Below, in pieces: positions 13,897-21,459 of a stretch of DNA of 32,000 bases. Position numbers and translations under genes: made by a program. Under the pieces are notes generated by a model. The model was not told the DNA's origin, did no database searches, and saw nothing but the letters and a program-made list of their open reading frames with translations. How positions within the stretch are numbered: position 1 is the stretch's first letter; each line of letters starts with the position of its first letter. This DNA comes from Paludisphaera rhizosphaerae (lineage in GTDB: Bacteria; Planctomycetota; Planctomycetia; Isosphaerales; Isosphaeraceae), in assembly GCF_011065895.1 (NCBI RefSeq), contig NZ_JAALCR010000039.1, positions 14,496 to 46,495 on the forward strand, in the 5' to 3' direction.

Positions 13897-15513
13897 ATGT
13901 CCTCCGCCGACCAACCGCTGACGCGCTGGCGGAAGTTTCGGATGGTGATGAAGGTCGTCGAGCTTCGGCTGCGGTTCGTGGCCTTGATGGCGGCGACGGC
14001 GCTCACGTTCGCCTACTGGGACACGCTCGGCAACTACTACGAGAAATGGACGCGACCGACCGGCCCGACGATCGCCGCGACGGCCGACCACGAGTTTTAC
14101 TGCCCGATGCACCCCACGGTCGTCCAGCCGACGGCCGGGTCGTGCCCGATCTGCGGGATGCCGCTCTCCAAGCGGGTGAAGGGGGCCGAGACGCCCCTGC
14201 CGGCCGGCGTGCTCTCCCGACTGACGCTGGCGCCGGACCGCATCGCCCAGGCCGGCGTGAAGACCGTGGCGGCCAGCTACGTCCCGCTGACGGAAACCGT
14301 GGCCACCGTGGGGACCGTCGAGATCGACGAACGCCGGCTGCGGCGGATCGCCTCCCGGACGAAGGGCCTGGCGCGGGTGGAGAAGCTCCATGTGGACTTC
14401 ACCGGCGTCCGCGTCGAGGCCGGCCAGCCGCTGGCCGAGGTCTACAGCCCCGAACTCTATCAGGCCATGCAGGAGATGCTCCTGCACCAGCGCACCGCCC
14501 AGGCGAGCCCCGCAGGCAACCGCGTGCTGGGCGACCCGCAGAACCTCGTCCGCCTGGCCGCCGACAAGCTCAAGCTCTGGGGGATCACCCAGGAGCAGAT
14601 CGACCGCATCCTCAAGGACGGCAAGGCCGATTACCGCCTGCCGATCCTCTCACCCATCGGCGGCGTGGTCGTCCGCAAGGGGGTCGTCGAGGGAGACTAC
14701 GTCGCCGAAGGCCAGGCCCTGTTCGAGGTCGCCGACCTCTCCCACATCTGGGTCAAGGCGCAGGTGTATGAGAACCAGTTCGCCCTCGTCCGCGAGGGCC
14801 AGGCCGTGCACGCGACGGTCGAGGCCTATCCCGGCGAGGTCTTCTCCGGCCGGGTCGCGTTCATCGACCCCGTGCTCAACCCGCAGACCCGCACGGCCGT
14901 CGTCCGCTACGACCTGGACAACCCGAACCTCCGCCTGAAGCCCGGGATGTTCGCCTCGGTGACGCTGGAGACCCCCATCGCCGACGCCCCGGCCTTCCGC
15001 GAGCGGATCGCCCGCGCCAACGCCGGCGCGGCGAAGCTCCACAAGGCCGTGCTGACGGCCGAGGAGCAGGAGAAGTGCCTGGTCACCGACGCCAAGCTGG
15101 GCTCGATGGGCGACCCGCTCCCCGTGGAAGTCGACGGCCGCAAGCTCTGGATCTGCTGCGCCAGTTGCGAATCCAAGATCAAGACGACCCCCGCCAGGTA
15201 CCTCGCCCGCCTGGAGGCCGTCCCGGTCGACGCCGTGCTGGCCGTCCCCGAATCCGCCGTGATCGACGCCGGTTCGCGGAAAGTCGTCTACATCGAGGCC
15301 GAGCCGGGCGTCTTCGAAGGCCGCGAGGTGGTCCTCGGCCCGATCTCGAACAGCCGCTACCCCGTGCTGGAGGGCCTCAAGCCCGGCGACCGCGTCGCCG
15401 CATCCGGAGCCTTCCTCATCGACGCCGAAACCCGCCTCAACCCCCGCGCCGCCGGCCAGCCGAGCACCCCGGCGCCTCGGTCGGCGGCCACGAACTCGAC
15501 GACTCGACGTTGA
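13897..15513 (+). CDS. cusB: Efflux RND periplasmic adaptor (membrane fusion protein), CusB-like, with two extra Cys-based metal-binding modules
   Basis: ATG at 13897 with GGGAG 6 nt upstream. TM anchor LRFVALMAATALTFAYW. Heavy-metal-binding module HEFYCPMHPTVVQPTAGSCPICGMPLSKR (nt ~14089-14175). HlyD-type lipoyl/beta-barrel segments (ILSPIGGVVVRKGVVEGDYV, WVKAQVYENQ, FSGRVAFIDPVLNPQTRT). An inserted TRASH/YHS-like module KCLVTDAKLGSMGDPLPVEVDGRKLWICCASCESKIKTTPARYL (nt ~15070-15210). Confidence 0.9.
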   Translation: MSSADQPLTRWRKFRMVMKVVELRLRFVALMAATALTFAYWDTLGNYYEKWTRPTGPTIAATADHEFYCPMHPTVVQPTAGSCPICGMPLSKRVKGAETPLPAGVLSRLTLAPDRIAQAGVKTVAASYVPLTETVATVGTVEIDERRLRRIASRTKGLARVEKLHVDFTGVRVEAGQPLAEVYSPELYQAMQEMLLHQRTAQASPAGNRVLGDPQNLVRLAADKLKLWGITQEQIDRILKDGKADYRLPILSPIGGVVVRKGVVEGDYVAEGQALFEVADLSHIWVKAQVYENQFALVREGQAVHATVEAYPGEVFSGRVAFIDPVLNPQTRTAVVRYDLDNPNLRLKPGMFASVTLETPIADAPAFRERIARANAGAAKLHKAVLTAEEQEKCLVTDAKLGSMGDPLPVEVDGRKLWICCASCESKIKTTPARYLARLEAVPVDAVLAVPESAVIDAGSRKVVYIEAEPGVFEGREVVLGPISNSRYPVLEGLKPGDRVAASGAFLIDAETRLNPRAAGQPSTPAPRSAATNSTTRR

Positions 15514-15545
15514 TTCGGATTCGGGGTTCAGGTTTTCTCGGGTGG

Positions 15546-15569
15546 CATGGCCACGCTTGCGTGGCCATG
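15546..15569. repeat. REP-like palindromic hairpin, copy 2 (CATGGCCACGC-TT-GCGTGGCCATG)
   Basis: Same stem as the copy at 3706 with a different loop. It lies in the 162-nt cusB-cusA spacer. Confidence 0.85.
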
Positions 15570-15606
15570 GACCAGCGCGGGATCATCGCTCGACCGTCGC
15601 CGATCG

Positions 15607-15630
15607 CATGCCCACGCGAGCGTGGGCATG
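15607..15630. repeat. REP-like palindromic hairpin, copy 3 (CATGCCCACGC-GA-GCGTGGGCATG, followed by GCACCC)
   Basis: It differs from copies 1 and 2 by a paired G>C / C>G change on the two arms, which keeps the stem perfect. It is located 61 nt after copy 2. Confidence 0.85.
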
Positions 15631-15675
15631 GCACCCATCACGCTCAATCGGACTAATGCGGACGGAGTCAAGCCG

Positions 15676-18600
15676 GTGATCGAAGGCGTCGTCGAGTGGT
15701 CCATCCGCAACCGGTTCCTCGTCATCATCGCGGCGATCGCGGTGGGGGTGGCGGGGCTGCGCGCCCTGGCGACGACGCCGGTGGACGCGGTGCCGGACCA
15801 GTCGGAAAACCAGGTCGTGGTCTTCACCGACTGGATGGGCCGCAGCCCCCAGGAGATCGAGGACCAGATCACCTACCCCCTGACGACGAAGCTCCAGGGG
15901 TTGGCCGGCGTGAAGGTGGTGCGGTCGTCGAGCGAGTTCAACTTCTCGATGATCAATATCATCTTCGACGACTCGGTCGAATATTACTTCGCCCGCGAAC
16001 GCGTGCTGGAAAGGCTGGCGACCGTCGCCCCGGACATGCCCCAGGGGGTGACGCCCTACATGGCGCCGGACGCCACCGCCGTCGGCCAGATCTTCTGGTA
16101 CACCGTCGAGGGGGACGGCGTCGGCCTGGACGAACTTCGGGCCATCCAGGACTGGTACGTCCGCTACCAGCTCAACGCGGTGCCGGGCGTGGCCGAGGTC
16201 GCCTCCGTCGGCGGAGCCCCGCGCGAGTATCAGGTCGACCTGGACCCCAGCAAGCTGCGGGCCTTCGGCGTCTCGCTGGGCGAGGTCTACTCGGCCGTCC
16301 AGCGTTCCAACTCGGCGGTCGGCGGGCGCGTCATCCACAAGGGGAACGCGGAGTACCTGATCCGATCCGTCGGCTGGCTCCGGGGCGTCGACGACCTCAA
16401 ACGCACCGTGGTCGCCCAGCGCAACGGGACGCCCATCTACCTGGAGACGATCGCCTCCGTCCAGACCGGCCCCGGCTTCAAGCGGAGCGTCCTGGAGAAG
16501 GACGGTCGAGAGGTGGTCGGCGGCGTGGTGATGATGCGGTTCGGCGAGAACCCGCTGGAGGTCACCCGCCAGATCAAGGAGAAGGTCGCCGCCCTCTCGC
16601 CGGGGCTCCCCGAAGGCGTGCGCATCGTCCCCTTCTACGACCGCACGCCGCTGATCGAGAAGGCGCTCGAGACGGTGTCGGACACGGTGTACGAGGAGAT
16701 CTTCATATCCACGGTCATGATCGTCCTGATCATGGGTCATCTCGGCGGTGCGTTCATCGTCTCGCTGACGTTGCCGCTGGCGATCCTGACCAGCTTCCTG
16801 ATGATGAAGATCTTCGGCGTCCCCTCCAACATCATGAGCCTGGCGGGGATCGCCATCTCGGTCGGCATCCTGGAGGACCAGGCCGTCGTCATGACGGAGA
16901 ACGCCGCGCACCATCTGACGCGACGGTTCGGCGACCAGCCGGTGCGCGGAGACGCCCTGGACGTCATCATCCCCGCCTGCCGCACCGTCGGCCGGCCGAT
17001 CTTCTTCTCGGTGCTCATCACGATCCTGTCGTTCCTGCCGGTCTTCGCCCTGACGGGACGGTCAGGCAAGATGTTTCACCCGCTGGCCTGGACCAAGACG
17101 TTCGCCCTGATCGGCGTGGCCGTGCTGGCCGTGACCCTGGTCCCCGCGCTCATCCCCATCTTCCTGCGCGGGCGGATCAAGTCCGAGGACGACTCGTGGC
17201 TGGTCCGAACGATGATCACCATCTTCAAGCCGATGCTCTCCTGGCTGATGGACCGCACCACGCTGGTCTGCTGGCTGTTCGTCTGCATCCTCGGCCTGGG
17301 ATGGCTGGCGGCCGGCCGCCTGGGGAGCGAATTCATGCCGCCGCTCGACGAGGGCTCGATCCTCGACATGCCCACCAGCGTGCCGCGGATGTCCGTCGCC
17401 CAGGCGACCGAAGACCTCAAAGCCCGCAACGCCGTGCTGCGCGGGTTCCCCGAAGTCGCCCAGGTCGTCGGCAAGGCCGGCCGCGCCGAGACCGCGACCG
17501 ACCCCTCCCCACTCGACATGGTCGAGACCATCATCAACCTGCACGACAAGGACCTCTGGACCAAGCGCAAGCTTCTCTTCGAGGACGCCCTCTGGCAGGT
17601 GGAAGCCGCGCGCAAAGCGATGGAGCGATCGGCCGATCCGACGTCTTCCCCCCTCGCGGGGGAAGACAGATCGCGAAGCGATCAGATGAGGGGGACGACC
17701 GCCGCCGGACTCGAGTCTGACGGCCGCTCCGAAACCAACGCCGATCCCCCCTCATCCGGCCCTGCGGGCCACCTTCCCCCGCGAGGGGGGAAGGCCGTTG
17801 TGGTTGTGGACGCAAACGACGCGGCCATGCACGTCGTGTCACGCGTCGACTCGACCCTCAGAATCCTCGCCGCCCGGCGCATCCAGGAGCACCGCCCGGC
17901 CATGCTGCGAGCCGCGGCCGGCGAGGCCGTCGACGCGATCCTGGAACGAGCCGGCCGGACGACGCGTGCGCTCACATCAAATGAGCGCGACGAGTTGTCG
18001 AAGGCGCTGGCCGATCGCTTCGGCGAGCGCCTGGCGGACGGCCCGGCGGTAGAGGACGTGGTGATGATCGCCGACGCCGCGACCGCCCGCCTGATCGCCA
18101 TGGGCGTCTTGCCCGCTGCCCCTGACCTGCTCTCCGCCCCCCCTGCCCTCTGGGACCGTGCCCGCGACCTGACGGCCTCGGCCCTCGGCGGTCGCGCGAA
18201 GTCGGCCTACGAGCGGATCGCCGAGCGAGTCGCTGCGGCCCGCGACGCCAGCCTGAAGGCTCGCATCAAGGACCTCAACTGGGAACTCTTCGACCGGGCC
18301 GTCGAGACTGCGACCGAGGCGGCGATCGACGCCCTCGCGGGCGAGAAGCCGCCCACAGCCGAGCAACGGTCATCCCTGATCGCCTCGCTCTCAAAACCCT
18401 TCGCCGACCGGCTGTTCCTCTGGAAGAAGACGAAGCAGGATCTGGTCGACGAGATGGACACGGCCCTGCAGGTGCCGGGATGGGGCAATATCTTCACCCA
18501 GCCGATCATCAACCGGATCGAGATGCTGGCGACGGGCGTCCGCACGCCGGTCGGCGTGAAGGTCTTCGGCGACGACCTCGACGAGATCCAGCGTGTGAGC

Positions 18601-19749
18601 GGGCAAGTCGCCGACGCGCTCCGGTCCGTCCGGGGCGCGGGGGGCGTCGTCGCCGATCAGATCGTCGGCAAGGGATACGTGGAGATCGACATCGACCGCG
18701 AAAAGGCCGCACGCTACGGCGTGCAGGTGGGAGACGTGCAGGACGTGGTCGAGGTCGCCATGGGGGGCCGCCCTCTCACCACGACCGTCGAGGGCCGCCG
18801 CCGCTTTCCCGTCCGCGTCCGATACGCTCGCGACTTCCGCGCCGATGAGGAGGCTCTCAAGAACATCCTCGTCACCAGCCGAGGGGCGACCGGAGAAGCG
18901 TCGGCCGGCATGGGGATGCCCGACGGCGACGCGAAGCCCGGCGCGGCGGCGGCCCCCGTGCCGGTGCCGCTCTCGCAGGTGGCGACCGTGAAGATCGTCG
19001 AGGGCCCCTCGATGATCAAGAGCGAGAACGGCCTCCTGCGGTCGTACGTCCAGCTCACCGTCACAGGCCGCGACGAGGTCGGGTTCGTCGAGGAGGCCCG
19101 TCGCGTCGTCGCCGAGAAGGTCAAACTCCCCAAGGGGATGTACCTGGAATGGTCGGGCCAGTTCGAGAACGAGTTGAAGACCAGGCGCACGCTCCAGGTC
19201 GTCTTCCCGGCCGTGCTGGTGGTGATCGTCCTGATCCTGTACATCACCTACAAGAGCTGGATCGACGCCGCCCTGATGATGACGAGCGTCCTGGGGGCGC
19301 TCGCCGGCGGGGCGATGTTCCAGTGGCTCTTCGGCTTCAACTTCTCCGTCGCCGTCTGGGTCGGATACATCGCCTGCTTCGGGATGGCCACGGAGACGGG
19401 TATCGTCATGCTCGTCTATTTGCGCGAGGCCCTGGAAGAGCGCGGCGGGCTGGAAGCGATCACGTCCGTCGACCAGTTGAAGGAAGCGATCCTCGAAGGC
19501 GCCATCCACCGGCTGCGTCCCAAGCTGCTGACCGAAGGGACCACGATCATCTCAATCGCCCCGATGCTCTGGGCCAGCGGCGTCGGCGCCGAGGTCATCC
19601 GCCCGATGGCCGCTCCCGTCCTCGGCGGCCTCCTGATCGCCGACGAGGTCATCGACGTCTTCCTCCCCGTGCTCTACTTCACCATGAAGAAATGGCAGTG
19701 GAGACGCCTTCATGGTTTGGGGCCGCTGGATACGGCGCGGGAGGCGTGA
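15676..19749 (+). CDS. cusA: CusA/CzcA-family heavy-metal efflux RND transporter (Cu(I)/Ag(I) type) carrying a ~288-codon periplasmic insertion
   Basis: I chose the GTG at 15676 (GGAG 8 nt upstream), giving VIEGVVEWSIRNRFLVIIAAI, which is colinear with the E. coli CusA N-terminus MIEWIIRRSVANRFLV. The listed start 15547 and the ATG at 15628 fall inside REP hairpins. Equivalents of the three-Met site are present: ILDMPTS (ATG 17368), PLDMVETI (ATG 17518), RIEMLATG (ATG 18523). The C-terminal TM bundle is conserved, with GMATETGIVMLVYL and RLRPKLLTEGTTI. Confidence 0.92.
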   Translation: MIEGVVEWSIRNRFLVIIAAIAVGVAGLRALATTPVDAVPDQSENQVVVFTDWMGRSPQEIEDQITYPLTTKLQGLAGVKVVRSSSEFNFSMINIIFDDSVEYYFARERVLERLATVAPDMPQGVTPYMAPDATAVGQIFWYTVEGDGVGLDELRAIQDWYVRYQLNAVPGVAEVASVGGAPREYQVDLDPSKLRAFGVSLGEVYSAVQRSNSAVGGRVIHKGNAEYLIRSVGWLRGVDDLKRTVVAQRNGTPIYLETIASVQTGPGFKRSVLEKDGREVVGGVVMMRFGENPLEVTRQIKEKVAALSPGLPEGVRIVPFYDRTPLIEKALETVSDTVYEEIFISTVMIVLIMGHLGGAFIVSLTLPLAILTSFLMMKIFGVPSNIMSLAGIAISVGILEDQAVVMTENAAHHLTRRFGDQPVRGDALDVIIPACRTVGRPIFFSVLITILSFLPVFALTGRSGKMFHPLAWTKTFALIGVAVLAVTLVPALIPIFLRGRIKSEDDSWLVRTMITIFKPMLSWLMDRTTLVCWLFVCILGLGWLAAGRLGSEFMPPLDEGSILDMPTSVPRMSVAQATEDLKARNAVLRGFPEVAQVVGKAGRAETATDPSPLDMVETIINLHDKDLWTKRKLLFEDALWQVEAARKAMERSADPTSSPLAGEDRSRSDQMRGTTAAGLESDGRSETNADPPSSGPAGHLPPRGGKAVVVVDANDAAMHVVSRVDSTLRILAARRIQEHRPAMLRAAAGEAVDAILERAGRTTRALTSNERDELSKALADRFGERLADGPAVEDVVMIADAATARLIAMGVLPAAPDLLSAPPALWDRARDLTASALGGRAKSAYERIAERVAAARDASLKARIKDLNWELFDRAVETATEAAIDALAGEKPPTAEQRSSLIASLSKPFADRLFLWKKTKQDLVDEMDTALQVPGWGNIFTQPIINRIEMLATGVRTPVGVKVFGDDLDEIQRVSGQVADALRSVRGAGGVVADQIVGKGYVEIDIDREKAARYGVQVGDVQDVVEVAMGGRPLTTTVEGRRRFPVRVRYARDFRADEEALKNILVTSRGATGEASAGMGMPDGDAKPGAAAAPVPVPLSQVATVKIVEGPSMIKSENGLLRSYVQLTVTGRDEVGFVEEARRVVAEKVKLPKGMYLEWSGQFENELKTRRTLQVVFPAVLVVIVLILYITYKSWIDAALMMTSVLGALAGGAMFQWLFGFNFSVAVWVGYIACFGMATETGIVMLVYLREALEERGGLEAITSVDQLKEAILEGAIHRLRPKLLTEGTTIISIAPMLWASGVGAEVIRPMAAPVLGGLLIADEVIDVFLPVLYFTMKKWQWRRLHGLGPLDTAREA
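17643..17794. repeat. Nested-palindromic MITE-like element, subfamily 2, copy E3 (~152 bp), located in-frame inside cusA
   Basis: Terminal hairpins GTCTTCCCCC-CTCGC-GGGGGAAGAC (17643-17667) and CCTTCCCCC-GCGAG-GGGGGAAGG (17772-17794). Inner pair GATGAGGGGG / CCCCCCTCATC. The internal block TCCGAAACC is related to subfamily 1. It is an inverted counterpart of the copy at 28478-28622. Local codon third positions are atypical: tct, aga, cga, gga, tca, ctt, gtt. Confidence 0.85.
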
Positions 19750-19780
19750 ACGTCGCCGAAACGGAGTGATGCTCTTCGTC

Positions 19781-19940
19781 CCCTCTCCCACCGGGAGAGG
19801 GTGGCCCGCAGGGCCGGGTGAGGGTCGTCGGACTTGTAGATATCGCGAAGGAGTGCCGATCGCCCGGCTCCGAGATACCTTCCGAAATCCGATGACCCTC
19901 ACCCGCCGCTGCGCGGCTGCCCTCTCCCGGCGGGAGAGGG
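19781..19940. repeat. Nested-palindromic MITE-like element, subfamily 1, copy E2 (~160 bp)
   Basis: Terminal hairpins CCCTCTCCC-ACC-GGGAGAGGG (19781-19801) and CCCTCTCCC-GGC-GGGAGAGGG (19920-19940). Inner pair GGTGAGGGTCG / GACCCTCACCC. The internal block TTCCGAAATCCGATGACCCTCACCC matches E1. It starts 32 nt after the cusA stop. Confidence 0.88.
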
Positions 19941-20000
19941 GACCTGGATCCAGCCGGCTTGCCACGCTTCCACGGTCTGCGAGAAGGAGTTCTGCCTACA

Positions 20001-20642
20001 ATGAACATCGCCCTCTTCGGCGCGTCCGGCATGATCGGGCGTCGCATCCTGGACGAGGCCCTAGAGCGGGGTCACCGCGTGCGGGCGATCGTCCGCGATC
20101 CGTCGCGGTTGGAGGATCGGCCCGAGGGGCTGACGGTCGAGGTCGGCGACATCCTCGATCCGGCGAGTGTCGCCGAAGCGGCGAGCGGGTGTGGCGCGGT
20201 GGTCAGCGCCTTCGGCGTCCGGGCCGATCAGGGGCCGGGGGCCGTCGCGCGGGCGGCGCGGGCCTTGATCGCGGGGCTGAAGGACGGCGGCCCTCGGCGG
20301 CTGATCTTCGTCGGCGGATCCGGCAGCCTGGAGGTCGCGCCGGGGACGTGGGTTCTGGACGTCCCCCACTTCCCCCCCGCCTTGCGACCGATCGCCCTGG
20401 ACCACGCCCACGCGCTGGAGGTCTTCCGCAAGGAGGGCCAGGCCCTCGAATGGACCTACTTCAGCCCCGCCGCCATGATCCACCCCGGCGAGCGGACCGG
20501 CCGGTTCCGCCTCGGCGGCGACCGCCTCGTCGCCGACGCCCAGGGCGACAGCCGAATCTCGGCCGAGGACTACGCCGTCGCCCTCCTCGACGAACTGGAG
20601 AACCCCCGGCACGTCCGCAAACGGTTCACGATCGGCTATTGA
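20001..20642 (+). CDS. NAD(P)H-binding protein (atypical SDR, NmrA/BVR-B/YwnB-like)
   Basis: The ATG at 20001 gives MNIALFGASGMIGRRILDEALERGHRVRAIVRDP, a Rossmann GxxGxxG at the N-terminus. Later segments LIFVGGSGSL and WTYFSPAAMI are typical of this family. Confidence 0.85.
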   Translation: MNIALFGASGMIGRRILDEALERGHRVRAIVRDPSRLEDRPEGLTVEVGDILDPASVAEAASGCGAVVSAFGVRADQGPGAVARAARALIAGLKDGGPRRLIFVGGSGSLEVAPGTWVLDVPHFPPALRPIALDHAHALEVFRKEGQALEWTYFSPAAMIHPGERTGRFRLGGDRLVADAQGDSRISAEDYAVALLDELENPRHVRKRFTIGY

Positions 20643-21169
20643 GCCCAATCCTCCAGTTCCGCATCGAGCAGGTCGACGAGAGAGCAGAGATGAATCGACC
20701 TCTCGTCATCGAGCGGCACGCCTTCGAGCCTCTCAAGCAGGTCGTCCCGACTCGCGACCAGTTTCTCGACATCCTGAAGAGGGATGATCCCATTAAGGAT
20801 CATGACGGCCTTCGCGCGAACCTCGAAGTAGTCGTCGAAGACCAGTTCGTAGAGGAAGTCATAGTCGTCGCGGCAATCCAGATCGAGCATCGCGTAGAGG
20901 AAGCTGCCGCGATGGCCCTTCGTCCTCGGGTCCCGGATTAACTCGATAAGCCTCGGTTTGGCCGCCTGGACTTTCAGCTCTCCCAGGGCGTAAGCGAACG
21001 CGCCAAGTTTATGCAGAGCCTCGGCTCCCGCCGGGGGGAGCGTGGACAGGAGGCGCAACAGGTCCGGCACGGCCTCGACGCCCCCCATGTGGGCAAGATC
21101 GAACGCCGCCTGAACGGCGACCTTTCGGTCGTTCGAGCTCAGCCGCAGGATGGCGTGTGCTTGGTCCAT
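20636..21169 (-). CDS. HEAT-repeat (PBS-lyase HEAT-like) protein, low-GC
   Basis: I chose the ATG at 21169 (MDQAHAILRLSSNDRKVAVQAAFDLAHMGGVEAVPDLLRLL). The upstream part of the listed 267-aa ORF is Arg/Pro-rich and unlikely to be coding. Two hand-counted 60-nt lines gave 52-53% GC. Its 3' end overlaps the convergent gene's 3' end by 7 nt. Confidence 0.75.
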   Translation of the reverse strand: MDQAHAILRLSSNDRKVAVQAAFDLAHMGGVEAVPDLLRLLSTLPPAGAEALHKLGAFAYALGELKVQAAKPRLIELIRDPRTKGHRGSFLYAMLDLDCRDDYDFLYELVFDDYFEVRAKAVMILNGIIPLQDVEKLVASRDDLLERLEGVPLDDERSIHLCSLVDLLDAELEDWAQ

Positions 21170-21459
21170 GCTTTCTTCGATCGGAGTTCTCTTCCTCAGC
21201 GGGACGCTGTGGACGCCCGCGTTTCGCCGCCCACCGATGGCGATTGGGACAGGCCGAGAGCGAATGCTCCTTGCGGCGATCGGTCCGAAAGGGCGACGGG
21301 CGACGACGACCGCGATGGCCCGGCGCTGCAAGACTACGATCTCACCTGGGAGACCGCCAGCAATCTTCACGCAAACTTTACGGCCGGTTCGACGTTTGAA
21401 CCCATCAGGACGTTCATACTCGGGGAGGTTTCTGTACAAGGCGGGGATGGAGACTCGAG

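Noticed and set aside
15546-15630. Possible mini-CRISPR (two similar palindromic repeats 61 nt apart)
   Set aside because: There are only two units. The repeats are 24-nt perfect hairpins that also occur singly at 3706. No cas genes or leader are present. This fits REP-type elements, not CRISPR.
15547-15675. N-terminal extension of cusA (MATLAWPWTS...HASVGMAPITL)
   Set aside because: These codons are the two REP hairpins read as protein. Colinearity with E. coli CusA begins at the GTG at 15676, which has its own GGAG.
15583-17720. Long alternative-frame ORFs over cusA (443 aa on the minus strand; 674 aa on the plus strand)
   Set aside because: Arg/Gly/Pro/Asp-rich junk overlapping a gene with strong RND-family conservation.
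19712-20941. 409-aa plus-strand ORF running from repeat E2 through the NmrA-like and HEAT genes
   Set aside because: It starts inside the repeat, is Arg/Pro/Gly-rich, and is out of frame with the Rossmann-motif gene that begins at 20001.
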